A stretch of 64,000 nucleotides of DNA from Octopus vulgaris (taxonomy: Eukaryota): contig OX597815.1 in NCBI GenBank assembly GCA_951406725.2, positions 7,874,001-7,938,000 of the forward strand, read 5' to 3'. Shown in pieces: positions 1-12,470 of this stretch (the stretch's first letter is position 1; each line of letters opens with the position of its first letter). Both the position numbers and the translations under genes were made by a program. The notes below the pieces were generated by a model. That model was given only the letters and a program-made list of their open reading frames with translations. It did no database searches and was not told the origin of the DNA.

Positions 1-196
1 ACACACACATATATATATATATACATATATACGACAGGCTTCTTTCAGTTTCCGTCTACCAAATCCACTCACAAGGCATTGGTCGGCCCGGGGGCTATAG
101 CAGAAGACACTTGCCCGAGATGCCACGCAGTGGGACTGAACCTGGAACCATGTGGCTGGTTAGCAAGCTACTTACCACACAGCCACTCCTGCGCCT
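1..196 (-). mobile_element. tRNA-derived SINE family A, 5' half (cut by window edge)
   Basis: Reverse complement of the head GGCGCAGGAGTGGCTGTGTGGTAAG...GGTTCAGTCCC (pol III A/B-box-like); near-identical to 23160-23334 and 40030-40202. Confidence 0.9.
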
Positions 197-261
197 AAAT
201 ATATACGAAGTAATAAACACATAACTACTTTCCACGTCAGAGGATACAAACTTTACAGGAA

Positions 262-635
262 GTGGGCATAGCTGTGTGGTAGGAAGCTTGCTTCCAAACC
301 TCATGGTTCCAGGTTCGGTACCGCTGCGTGGCACCTTGGGCAAGTGTCTTCAACTATAGCTCCAAGCCGATAAATGACTTGTAAGTGGATTTGGTTGACG
401 GAAACTGAATGAAACTCGTTGTATATGTGTGTATGTGACTGTGTGTGACTGTGTGTGTGTGTGTGTATGCGTGTGTGTATGTGTGTGTGTATGTGTGTGT
501 GTGTTAATAACTGGTGTCGGTGTGTTCACTTAGTGGTTCGGCAAAAGATCGATAGAATAAGTACGAGACTTAAAATATAAAAGAATAAGTACTTAGGCCG
601 ACTAACATTCTTCCAGTAAAGGATAAAAGATAAAG
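262..635 (+). mobile_element. SINE family A, older diverged copy
   Basis: GCTGTGTGGTAGGAAGCTTGCTTCC...CCTTGGGCAAGTGTCTT...GGAAACTGAA, internal (TG)n, GATAGAATAAGTAC tail motif. Confidence 0.8.
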
Positions 636-676
636 ATCGGTAACTTATTTGCATATATATTATTTAGGAAGATTAT

Positions 677-1275
677 GGCGGCAAGCTGGCAGAAACGTTA
701 GCACGCCGGGCGAAATGCTTAGCGGTATTTCGTCTGCCGTTACGTTCTGAGTTCAACTTCCGCCGAGGTCGACTTTACCTTTCATCCTTTCGGGGTCGAT
801 TAAATAAGTACCAGTTACGCACTGGGATCGATATAATCGACTTAATCCGTTTGTCTGTCCTTGTTCGTCCTTGTTTGTCCTCTCTGTGTTTAGCTCCTTG
901 TGGGTAGTAAAGAAATAAAAATAGGTATTTCGTCTGTCTTTATGTTCTGAGCTCGAATTCCGGCGAGGCAGACTTTGCCTTTCATCCTTTCAGGGTCAAT
1001 AAATTAAATACCAGTTGCGTACATGGGTTGATTTAATTGACTTAATCCGTTTGTCTGTCCTTGTTTGTCTCCTCTGTGTTTAGCCCCTTGTGGGTAGTAT
1101 AGAAATAGGTATTTCGTCTGTCTTTACGTTCTGAGCTCGAATTCCGGCGAGGTAGACTTTGCCTTTCATCATTTCCGGATCGATAGATTAAATACCAGTT
1201 GCGTACTTGGGTCGATTTAATCGACTGGCCCCCTTCCCGAAAAATTTCGGGCCTTGTGCCAAGAGTAGAAAAAGA
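677..1275 (+). mobile_element. SINE family B with about 3 tandem internal units
   Basis: Head GGCGGCAAGCTGGCAGAAACGTTAGC; repeated GACTTTGCCTTTCATCCTTTCGGGGTCGAT...GTACCAG domain; imperfect TSD TTATTTAGGA(A/G)GATT. Confidence 0.85.
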
Positions 1276-1420
1276 TTATTTAGGAGGATTTCAATGTCGA
1301 ATGGCACGAACGTAGCAGAGAACGCAAGACAAGCCTAATTAAAAGGTAAAACTAATCCATGTTTATTTCAATGTGTCTCGTTTGTTGATTTGCAGATGTA
1401 ATACTCTTTGAGCAATATTT

Positions 1421-1650
1421 TATGTATGTATGGACGTATGTATGCATGTATGTATGTATGTATGTATGTATGTATGTGTGTATGTATGTACGTACGTATG
1501 TATGTATGTGTGTGTGCATGTATGTATGTATGTATGTATGTATGTGTGTGTGTGTATGTATGTATGTATGTATGTATGTATGTATGTATGTGTGTACGTA
1601 TGTATGTATGTATGTATGTGTGTGTGCATGTATGTATGTATGTATGTATG

Positions 1651-1684
<34 letters not shown>

Positions 1685-2020
1685 TGTGTGTGTATGTATG
1701 TGTGTATGTGTGTATGTGTGTATGTATGTGTATGTATGTATGTATGTATGTGTATGTATGTGTGTGTATGTATGTATGTATGTGTGTATGTATGTATGTA
1801 TGTATGTATGTATGTATGTATGTATGTATGTGTGTGTGTGTATGTATGTATGTATGTACGTACGTACGTATGTATGTATGCACGTATGTATGTATGTATG
1901 TATGTATGTATGTATGCGTGTGAGAATGTGTACTTTTGTGTGTGTGTGTATGTATGTATGCGTCTGAGAATGTGTACTTTTGTGTATGTGTGTGTGTGCT
2001 TGTGTTTGTTTGTGTTTGTT
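1421..2020. repeat. (TATG)n/(TG)n compound microsatellite
   Basis: Direct reading. Confidence 0.97.
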
Positions 2021-2348
2021 TAGTGTGTTCTCGCCTGCAAGAAGGAAGCTATTGCAGTGTTTGATGAAAGATGAAAGTTATAAAATATTTTTTTGTGGAA
2101 ACTTCATGTAAATTATAACTGTAACTGGAGGGTAAACAACAACAGCAACTACAACAATAACAACAACAAGAACAACAACAAAATCAAAACCGAAATATTA
2201 ACGTCAACAAAAAAAAAAATGAAAATAAAATGTAAAAAAAAACATTCATAACAGCAATAAAAAGAGCAACAACAACATTCAAAAGCAACAACATCAAGAC
2301 AGGTGATAACCAAAAGAACACTGAAAACATAACAACAGAAGCTTACAA

Positions 2349-2519
2349 GGCGCAGGAGTGGCTGTGTGGTAAGTAGCTTGCTAACCAACCACATGGTTCC
2401 GGGTTCAGTCCCACTGCGTGGCATCTTGGGCAAGTGTCTTCTGCTATAGCCCCGGGCCGACCAAAGCTTTGTGAGTGGATTTGGTAGACGGAAACTGAAA
2501 GAAGCCTGTCGTATATATG

Positions 2520-2573
<54 letters not shown>

Positions 2574-2780
2574 TGTTTGTACCCCTAGCATTTCTTGACA
2601 ACCGATGCTGGTGTGTCTACGTCCCCGTCACATAGCGGTTCGGCAAAAGAGACCGATAGAATAAGTACTGGGCTTACAAAGAAGAAGTCCCGGGGTCGAT
2701 TTGCTCGACTAAAGGTGGTGCTCCAGCATGGCCACAGTCAAATGACTGAAACAAGTAAAAGAGTAAAAGAGAGAGAGTAA
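2349..2780 (+). mobile_element. SINE family A, full length
   Basis: tRNA-like head, CTTGGGCAAGTGTCTT CORE-like motif, internal (TA)(TG)n, tail CAGTCAAATGACTGAAACAAGTAAAAGAG. Confidence 0.92.
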
Positions 2781-3200
2781 GACCAGAAGCAAACAGTATT
2801 ACGATAGCTACAACAAATATCAATCATAAATGAGAAAGAAAATGTGAGTTAGATTATTCTCAATGTTTTAAAAATCAGAAATAATCACCGTATTTTATCA
2901 GGTAAAACACATTAACGCTCCAGTATTATTTTCTGGTCATGTAGGCAGGGGAGATAACTCCGAACAGCGTCCCTTCGCTAGTCTTCGTCTGTTGAATTGT
3001 AGTCAGCAATCCAATGAGTGCGTCTGTGTGCGATTATACTACCTGCTAGATATAGTGACTAAAATATCACTCAAATTACATCCTACCGTTTGAAACAACG
3101 ATGGACTCATTGGTCGATGTAGACCCTTTTTCGTATGTAGTTTTTGTGGAAATTGGATTCTCGAGGTGGTCATTAAGTCCTGCAGTAATTTTGAAAATCA

Positions 3201-3436
3201 GAAAACTCCAAAAATATACACAGATTGTAGGCGAGCAAGTGAAAAAAGCATTAAAAATACTTCACGTTAATTGTGAGTTGAGTCCAAGTTCTAGATTAAA
3301 GCCGTAACACGAAGGGGGAAAAAGCCTCTTTTACAGCTTTCATCTAGAAATTGGACCAAGTTCACAATTAACGTGAAGTCTTTTTAATACTTTTTCACTT
3401 GCTCGCCTACAATCTGTGTATATTTTTGGAGTTTTC
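3201..3436. mobile_element. Foldback MITE-like inverted repeat (arms about 106 bp, spacer about 23 bp)
   Basis: GAAAACTCCAAAAATATACACAGATTGTAGGCGAGCAAGTGAAAAA is the exact reverse complement of TTTTTCACTTGCTCGCCTACAATCTGTGTATATTTTTGGAGTTTTC; inner arms are more diverged. Confidence 0.85.
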
Positions 3437-3549
3437 GGTAGTATCTGAATGCCTCGACATTTTCAAGCATGTTGGAGATATGTCGTTTTTTTCGCCCTTG
3501 CTCCCTTAATATCATTACATACATATATATTTTTTATTAATATAATATA

Positions 3550-3846
<297 letters not shown>

Positions 3847-3966
3847 CACGCGCGCGCGCGCACATATACATACGTAATACATACATACATGTTTCCATGT
3901 TCTAATTATTTGAGCACTAGTAAGTATTTTCTATACTGAGAATCTCTGGATGCCAACTATTGACTA

Positions 3967-4002
<36 letters not shown>

Positions 4003-4029
4003 TGTATGTATGCATGCATATATATATCT

Positions 4030-4370
4030 GAGACTTCCTTCAGTCACGACACTGACCATAGGATTGCACCTAGAAAGTTACCCTCCCAGGCACATGTCCG
4101 GGCAAGGTTGTTTATGGAAGACCAGCAGTCGCCCATGCATACTGGCCTCCCCTCTCCACATCACTGATGTTATCCAAGGGAAAGGCAAAGGGGCCAATAC
4201 ATCTTGGCACCATTGATGTTGCAACTCATTTCTACAGCTGAGCGAACTGGAGCAACGTGAAATAAAGTGTCTTGCTCAAGAATACAACACGCAGCTCGGT
4301 CCGGGATTCGAGCTCACAACTCCACGATCGTGAGCTAGACGCTGTAACCATTGAGCCATGCGCCTTCACA
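4030..4370 (-). mobile_element. tRNA-derived SINE family F
   Basis: Minus strand TGTGAAGGCGCATGGCTCAATGGTTACAGCG...GCTCGAATCCCGG, then CTTGAGCAAGACACTTTATTTCAC central domain. Confidence 0.75.
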
Positions 4371-4876
4371 TATATATATGGAGAGAGAGAAGGGGGAGGG
4401 AGAGAGAGGGAGAGGGTATCCTGTGTAGACGGGGATAAGACATTTTATTGCATCTCTTTTGGCGCCGCCCTATTTTGCATCGCTCATTTGACGCTGATTT
4501 GGCATCGAACGCTTTCACAATTTCTGCGGTCCCTCCCCCTCCTTTTCATTCTGTTCATGTGCAGGAGAATATTTGTGTGAGGAAAGATAAAATGTTTATT
4601 TCAATAATGTTCAATTAATAAATTATAATGTCTTTCTCTCTCTCCCCTTCTGTCATTCTTGGTTTCTGTGTGTGTATATTTCTGTGTATGTATATGTGTG
4701 TTTATGTGTGTGCATGTCTGTTTGCCTCCAGTGCCAAAAAGCACTGTTGCCAAAACAGGTTCAATGTTCAGTCAGCCATGCCAAATTGCCAGCATTTAAA
4801 CAGCCTCGCCCAATTGTCGCTTTCCGTATGTAAATTGCCAGAAAGCAATATGAGAGTGAAGAAATCCACAAGATGG

Positions 4877-4915
<39 letters not shown>

Positions 4916-5278
4916 AGGAGTGGCTGTGTGGTAAGTAGCTTGCTTACCAACCACATGGTTCCAGGTTCAGTCCCACTGCGTGGCAACTTCGGCAAGTGTC
5001 TTCTACTATAGCCTCGGGCCGACCAAAGCCTTGTGAGTGGATTTGGTAGACAGAAACTGAAAGAAGCCCGTCGTATATATGTATGTGTGTGTGTGTGTCT
5101 GTGTTTGTCCCCCCAACATCGCTTGACAACGAATGATGGTGTATTTACGTTCCCGTTACTTAGCGGTTCGGCGGAAGAGTCCGATAGAATAAGTCCTGGG
5201 GTCGATGTGCACGACTAAAGGCGATGCTCCAACATGGCCACAGTCAAATGACTGAAACAACTAAAAGAGAGTAAAAGA

Positions 5279-5280
<2 letters not shown>
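4916..5280 (+). mobile_element. SINE family A
   Basis: Matches 2349-2780 with a small internal deletion; flanked by (TA)n. Confidence 0.9.
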
Positions 5281-5322
<42 letters not shown>

Positions 5323-5324
5323 TA

Positions 5325-5426
5325 GAACGTAAAACATTTAGAAGACGATACGAAAAACACGGACGGGACATTCGAAGCCTTCAATCTTCAGTCAAGAACC
5401 GGATCATCCTCGCAATTTCGGCTGAT
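5325..5426 (-). repeat. Short TA-repeat-associated interspersed element
   Basis: Reverse-complement match to 55973-56125 (GAGGATGATCCGGTTCTTGACTGAAGAT...GGCTTCGAATG). Confidence 0.6.
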
Positions 5427-6008
5427 ATATGTATGTATATATATGGAACACTAGATTGCACCTGGTCAATTATCTCCAGCACCACTCTCACCACTACACC
5501 ACCGCCACTTTCACCACAACAACCACCGCACTCTGAGACACTGCACGCATCAACAACATAAACCACCGCCATCTCCATCACCATTGTTAACCGTCAGCAT
5601 CCTTTAGAGTATCGCTATAAACCACGACTAATACAAACACAATCAGCATCATCATCACCACTATAAGCAACAGAACCAACGGTCTTATCATTACTACATC
5701 CACCACCACAAACATAAAATCTTAATAAAATATATAGACTTCATTTTATATATTGGACATTCCCCACCCCCTTTTTAAACACACACAAACACAAACTTGA
5801 GTACATGCACATACACATGGCCGCGCGCACATACACATACACACACATACACACACACACACATACCTATTTGTGTATGTATATGTATATGTATCTGTAT
5901 ATATATATATATATATATATGTAAATGTAAAAAAATACATATATATATATACATACACATATAAGCATAATATTTGAGTGGGCGCACGCATATATAAACA
6001 TGCTTGTG

Positions 6009-6044
<36 letters not shown>

Positions 6045-6066
6045 CATATATATGCGATGGTTTATA

Positions 6067-6424
6067 TGGCTGTGTGGTAACCAACCACATGGTTCCGGGT
6101 TCAGTCCCACTACGTGACACCTTGAGCAAGTGTCTTCTACTATAACCTCTGGCTGACCAATGTCTTGTGAGTGGATTTGGTAGACGGAAACTGAAAGAAG
6201 CCCGTCGTATATATGTATATATGTGTGTGTTCGTGTGTCTGTGTTTGTCACCCCAACATCGCTTGACAACCGATGCTGGTGTGTTTACGTCCCGTAAACT
6301 AGCGGTTCAATAAAACTGACCTATAGAATCAGTACTAGGCTTACAAGTCTTGAGATCGATTTGCTCGACTAAAGACGGTGCTCCAGCATGACCACAGATA
6401 AATGACTGAAACAAGTAAAAGAGT
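6067..6424 (+). mobile_element. SINE family A
   Basis: Same head, body and tail as 2349-2780. Confidence 0.88.
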
Positions 6425-6493
6425 ATATGTGTGTGTGAACGTATGTATGTATGTATGTATGTATGTATGTATGAATGCATGTATGTATGTATG

Positions 6494-6541
<48 letters not shown>

Positions 6542-7112
6542 CATACATACATACATACATACATACATACATACATACAGTCATACATACATACATACAT
6601 ACCTACCTACATACCTACATACATAAATACACACTACATACATACATACATACATACATACATACATACATACATACATACATACATACATACACACATA
6701 CATATATACATACATACATACACATACATACATACATACATACATACATACATACATACATACATACATACATACATACATACATACATACATACATACA
6801 TACAAGATTACTTCTGTAGCAACGTTTCTTTTGCAGCATGATAGAGATCTTAAGCTGGCTGACTGATTAGCATGTCCATGGCAGAGATATATTCTCCAGG
6901 ATATCTTCAGTCGTAAATCAAAGTTTGCAATCCCTCAGATCTTGCTATTTTTTCCTTGGCAACGCTTCGAAGTTCATACACTCATCGTCAAGGAATTTTA
7001 TTTCATCAGTAATTCCATAATTCCAAGAAAATGATCAGTTATGGCAGATAACAGTGACAGTCTATACACACACACACACATTATATACATATACATGTAT
7101 ATATATACATAC

Positions 7113-7168
<56 letters not shown>

Positions 7169-7304
7169 ATATATATATATATATGTGTATATATATATAT
7201 GTATATATATATATATGTGTGTATGTGTGTATAAGTATATATATACATATATATGCATGTATACAAGCACTCACATTCATATATCAATATTTGTATTTAT
7301 GTGT

Positions 7305-7360
<56 letters not shown>

Positions 7361-7420
7361 ATATGTGTGCAGGTCTGGGTATGTATGTACGTTTGTATGA
7401 ATGGATATATATCATATATA
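6425..7420. repeat. (TATG)n-(TA)n-(TACA)n compound microsatellites (two blocks)
   Basis: Direct reading; unique spacer about 6805-7060. Confidence 0.92.
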
Positions 7421-7679
7421 TACATGTATGCATAACACTACACGACCATATATGCATACATGCATAAACACTGTCACGCACACGCACACACACGTGTGTT
7501 AGTGTGTACGTGTGCGTGTGTGGTGTATGAGTGATTGAGTGTGTGTATGCATGTAATTTATATTATGAAGAGATACTGACCACGCATTTAATTGATAAAA
7601 AAAGAAGCAGGTTTGATTACTTCCGATGGTTTCAACATCAAAAATAACCACATTATGATTAAGTATAATGATTAGGCAT

Positions 7680-8508
7680 AAATACCTATGTCTTTATTAC
7701 CCACAAGGGGATAAACACAGAGGGGACAAACAAGGACAGACATAGGTATTAAGTTGATTAACAGAGGGGGACAAACAAGGACAGACATAAGTACTAAGTC
7801 GATTACATCGACCCCAGTGCGTAACTGGTCCTCAATTTATCGACCCCGAAAGGATGAAAGCAAAGTCGACCTCGGCGGAATTTGAACTCACAACGTAACG
7901 CAGACGAAATACCTATTTCTTTATTACCCACAAGGGGCTAAACACAGAGGGGACAAACAAGGACAGACATAGGTATTAAGTCGATTACATCGACCCCAGT
8001 GCGTAACTGGTACTTAATTTATCGACCCCGAAAGGGTGAAAGGCAAAGTCGACCTCGGCGGAATTTGAACTCACAACGTAACGCAGACGAAATACCTATT
8101 TCCTATTTCTTTATTACCCACAAGGGGCTAAACACAGAGGGGATAAACAAGGACAGACATAGGTATTAAGTTGATTACATCGACCCCAGTGTGTAACTGG
8201 TACTTAATTTATCGACCCCGAAAGGATGAAAGGCAAAGTCGACCTCGGCGGAATTTGAACTCACAACGTAACGCAGACGAAATACCTATTTCTTTATTAC
8301 CCACAAGGGGCTAAACACAGAGGGGACAAACAAGGACAGACATAGGTATTAAGTCGATTACATCGACCCCAGTGCGTAGCTGGTACTTAATTTATTGATC
8401 CCGAAAGGATGAAAGGCAAAGTCGACCTCGGCGGAATTTGAACTCAGAACGTAACGGCAGACGAAATACCGCTACGCATTTCGCCCGGCGTGCTAACGTT
8501 TCTGCCAT
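7680..8508 (-). mobile_element. SINE family B, tandem array of about 4.5 internal ~185-bp units
   Basis: Repeated TTTATTACCCACAAGGGGCTAAACACAGAGGGGACAAACAAGGACAGAC...GACCTCGGCGGAATTTGAACTC; single head at about 8460-8508. Confidence 0.92.
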
Positions 8509-8687
8509 TGAGGTAGCTGACACATTCGTCTATGGCTGATCAAGTCACGGATATAACTCTTAGCGATTGTACTTTTTGGGGCGTAGTCAGCAGAAGTGTA
8601 GCTTTCATCAGGGCTTACTTTCCATGCGGCATCCTTTGATGATGAGTATTGGAGTTGTTCGACAAACCAAGTTACATAGTTTTGTGG

Positions 8688-8822
8688 CTTACTTCCCAAC
8701 GACGTAGTTCCGGGTTCAGTCCCACTGCATGGCACCTTGGGGCAAGTGTCTTCTGCTATAGTCTCTGGTCGATTAAAGCTGTGGGAGTAGATTTGGTAGA
8801 CGGAAACTGAAAGAAGCCCGTC

Positions 8823-8857
<35 letters not shown>

Positions 8858-8929
8858 AATATAAGAGAGTTACCGCTAAGTGGTTAACTCTAAGTGATTA
8901 AATTAATATCTAATTTTTACCCTCATTTA

Positions 8930-8987
<58 letters not shown>

Positions 8988-9110
8988 CATGTGTGTGTGT
9001 GTGTGAGCATGTATGTGTGTGTGTGTGTGTGTGCTCCCCGTCACCGCTTGTTAACCGGTACTGGTGTGTTTACAGCTCTGTAACCTGGCAGTTCTGCCAA
9101 AGAGACCACT
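8688..9110 (+). mobile_element. SINE family A, older copy interrupted by TA/TG repeats
   Basis: GTTCCGGGTTCAGTCCCACTGCATGGCACCTTGGGGCAAGTGTC...GAAGCCCGTCG, with continuation at about 9030-9110. Confidence 0.7.
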
Positions 9111-9249
9111 AAGTTGCTGGGACGTGAACACACAACACTAGCTGTCAAGCAGAGACAAGGGACAAATACAGATATAGACACACAGACACACATACACACA
9201 CACACGCACACATATTTACATACATATTGTTACATATACATATACATAT

Positions 9250-9660
9250 ACTGTTATTCTCCGTTCTCCTGTTTATATTTTGTACTGTCGTTACTGTCCT
9301 GTTTTTGTTACCATTTTTACCCCTCCGCAAAAAAATCTCATATTTTATTTAATTTGATTTCCGCGGGAAGGAAAATTTCATTGAAGTCATGTATCGCCTT
9401 GACCTTCGAAACGTGGAGTAGATGAAATTAAGGCGACTGAAGAAGGGGAATTTTCCTTGTTTTGTATGTCCTGTACTCTATTTTTTCGTTGTTTAAAAAT
9501 ATGTCCATTTCCTTGTTTTTGTGTTTATGTTTTCGTTTCTCATTGTGTTCGACGTTTTTTTTTGGTGTCCTGTACCAATATATGCATGTATATATACATG
9601 TAGAGATAGGTACGTACATATATGTATGTATATATGCATATGTTTTATTTATTTATTTAT
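9250..9660 (+). repeat. Unclassified interspersed repeat (possibly Penelope-related)
   Basis: Homologous to 43640-44110 (TTTTACCCCTC(C/T)GCAAA...CTGA(A/T)GAAGGGGA...GTAGGTACGTACATATATG). Confidence 0.6.
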
Positions 9661-9667
9661 ATATATA

Positions 9668-10042
9668 CTAGCGGTATCGCCCGGCGTTGCTCGGGTTTGT
9701 AAGGGAAATAACTATAAAGCATTTTTAGAGAGTTATAGCCAAAAAATAGCAAAAAAATGTAAAAAAAATTATGGTAAATTTTTTTTGAGAGTTAAAAAGG
9801 TCGAGTTGCGTCCCCTAGACAGTCTGTGGTTTGTGTTTCTGATTCTCGACCCCATGTCGAATTTATCGATTTCTTTCAGAACTGGGGGAACTTTTCAAAA
9901 TTTTGACTGCATTAGTTTTGAATTATGACATTGGGCTATGTGTGTCAAGTTTCATCAGAATCGGTTGAAAGCCGTGGTCAGGGTGAGGGTACAACCTGAC
10001 AGACACACAGACACACTGACAGACAAACTGCCGTTTATATAT
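9668..10042 (-). mobile_element. Non-autonomous Helitron (family D)
   Basis: Minus-strand 3' end CCCGAGCAACGCCGGGCGATACCGCTAG followed by T (hairpin plus CTAG, no TSD); near-identical to 25946-26328 and 47597-47980. Confidence 0.85.
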
Positions 10043-10332
10043 TAATTTATATATATATATATACATATACAACGAGTTTTTATCAGTTTCTATCAATCAC
10101 ATCAACTAAAAAGGCTTTTATTGGCTGTGGGCTATAGAAGACACCCAATGTGTCACGCAATGGGACTGAAACCGGAACCATGTATGTGCGCGTCTGTGTG
10201 TGTGTGTATATGTATACAATTAGCGTGTAAGTGCCCGAGTATTCCGCAAACCCCTCCCAACGGGCTGTACGTCAAGGCTGTATCGTTATATTTACAGATG
10301 CAATTCCTTTAGATGAGCTTCTATGCAGTTTC

Positions 10333-10786
10333 AGTCAACTCATTGATTGTCACTCATTAGTCAACCCCTGAGGCAATATAAAATGACATTAACCAGGAGT
10401 CAACTCATTGATCGTCACTCATTAGTCAACCCCTGAGGCAATATAAAATGACATTTACCAGGAGTCAAATCATTGATTGTCACTCATTAGTCAACCCCTG
10501 AGGCAATATAAAATGACATTAACCAGGAGTCAACTCATTGATCGTCACTCATTAGTCAACCCCTGAGGCAATATAAAATGACATTAACCAGGAGTCAACT
10601 CATTGATCGTCACTCATTAGTCAACCCCTGAGGCAATATAAAATGACATTAACCAGGAGTCAACTCATTGATTGTCACTCATTAGTCAACCCCTGAGGCA
10701 ATATAAAATGACATTAACCAGGAGTCAACTCATTGATCGTCACTCATTAGTCAACCCCTGAGGCAATATAAAATGACATTTACCCA
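10333..10786. repeat. 65-bp minisatellite, about 7 copies, inside a decayed minus-strand SINE A relative
   Basis: Unit GAGTCAACTCATTGAT(C/T)GTCACTCATTAGTCAACCCCTGAGGCAATATAAAATGACATTAACCAG repeats with period about 65. Confidence 0.93.
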
Positions 10787-10876
10787 GGACGCCACGCAGC
10801 AAGTTCGATCCTGGGACAGTGTAGTTGCGAAGCGAACGTCTTAATAATACGGCCATGATACACCTAGACTTCCTAT

Positions 10877-11268
10877 GGATGGATGGAAGCACTCCGTCGG
10901 TTACGACGACGAGGGTTCCGGTTGATCCGATCAAGGGAACAGCCTGCTCGTGAAATTAACGTGTAAGTGGCTGAGCACTCCACAGACACGTGTACCCATA
11001 ACGTAGTTCTCGGGGATATTCAGCGTGACACAGAGAGTGACAAGGCCGGCCCTTTGAAATACAGGTACAACAGAAACAGGAAGTAAGAGTGAGAGAAAGT
11101 TGTGGTGAAAGAGTACAGCAGGGATCACCACCATCCCCTGCCGGAGCCTCGTGGAGCTTTTAGGTGTTTTCGCTCAATAAACACTCACAACGCCCGGTCT
11201 GGGAATCGAAACCGCGATCCTACGACCGCGAGTCTGCTGCCCTAACCACTGGGCCATTGCGCCTCCAC
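10877..11268 (-). mobile_element. tRNA-derived SINE family C, full length
   Basis: Minus strand GTGGAGGCGCAATGGCCCAGTGGTTAGGGCAGC...GGTTTCGATTCCC; tail GACGGAGTGCTTCCATCC; imperfect TSD AGACTTC(C)TAT. Confidence 0.92.
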
Positions 11269-11592
11269 AGACTTCTATATGCTATCAAACTAAATACAAA
11301 CGTTCTGTTAATCTAATTTCCCGCTACCATTCATTGAATGGTTGTGGGAAATTAGATCAATAGATTATTTGATTACAAAAGAGTTGTTGACTCCATATTT
11401 ATGTACCAAAAGCTGGCTTTGATGACGTCTAATATTTTCAGTATATGAGACGTGGCCATTACGTCATCGTTTCAAGTTTCGTTATGTAAGAGATAAAAGG
11501 AAGGCACACCCACACCATATAGTCGCGTCTTTTTTCCAGCTGATGGCCTGTAAATATGTAAATATTTACTTGTATTTTTAATAGTCATAAAC

Positions 11593-11633
<41 letters not shown>

Positions 11634-11652
11634 TGTGGTGGTGGTAGTAGTG

Positions 11653-11686
<34 letters not shown>

Positions 11687-11724
11687 AGGTAGTGGTAGTA
11701 GTGGTAGTGGTGGTAGTGGTGGTT

Positions 11725-11755
<31 letters not shown>

Positions 11756-11760
11756 TGGTG

Positions 11761-11803
<43 letters not shown>

Positions 11804-11850
11804 CGGTGGTGGTAGTAGTAGTAGTAGTAGTGGCGGTGGTGGTGGTGATG

Positions 11851-11904
<54 letters not shown>

Positions 11905-12009
11905 ATAGTAGTAGTAGTAGTGGTAGTAGTTGTAGTAGTAGTAATAGTAGTAGTAGCAGTAGTGGTGGTGGCGGTGGTGGTAGTAGTAGTAGTAGTAGTG
12001 GCGGTGGTG

Positions 12010-12055
<46 letters not shown>

Positions 12056-12063
12056 CGGTGGTG

Positions 12064-12121
<58 letters not shown>

Positions 12122-12129
12122 CGGTGGTG

Positions 12130-12181
<52 letters not shown>

Positions 12182-12182
12182 C
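11593..12182. repeat. (GTA)n/(GTG)n trinucleotide microsatellite
   Basis: Direct reading; source of the poly-T/V/Y/L ORFs. Confidence 0.97.
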
Positions 12183-12470
12183 AACAACAATAGCAAGCCA
12201 TTCCGCTTCAATACTTGCGACGACAATAACAATTAATCGCAACGATATCGGTTTTGACGAGGCAGAAAGCCAAGTTTATTATTTCGGTCGTGGAGAAGAA
12301 AAAGGGAAACGGCATAGCCCCGAACCAAATGGCATAGCCCCGAACCAAATTGCATCTTAAAGCATTTAATTCTGTCATAATTCTTACTTTCTGAGCTCAA
12401 TTACTTATGAGATTGACCTTACATTTGCTTCCCTCGGGGGTCGAAGGCAATGCTAGATAATCAACTCAAC

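Noticed and set aside
5365-5426. CTGAAGA...TTCGAA motif (also 55975-56025) as a ribozyme
   Set aside because: No GAAA box or convincing three-stem fold
8510-8692. Possible host exon (open frame on the minus strand)
   Set aside because: No recognisable domain; the apparent GTAAG site comes from the adjacent SINE; no partner exons
9395-9460. Hammerhead in CGAAAC...CTGAAGA (also 43850-43900)
   Set aside because: I could not build stems I and III with a valid NUH triplet
10333-10786. CRISPR-like regular array
   Set aside because: Units are identical end to end with no unique spacers; eukaryotic context, no cas genes
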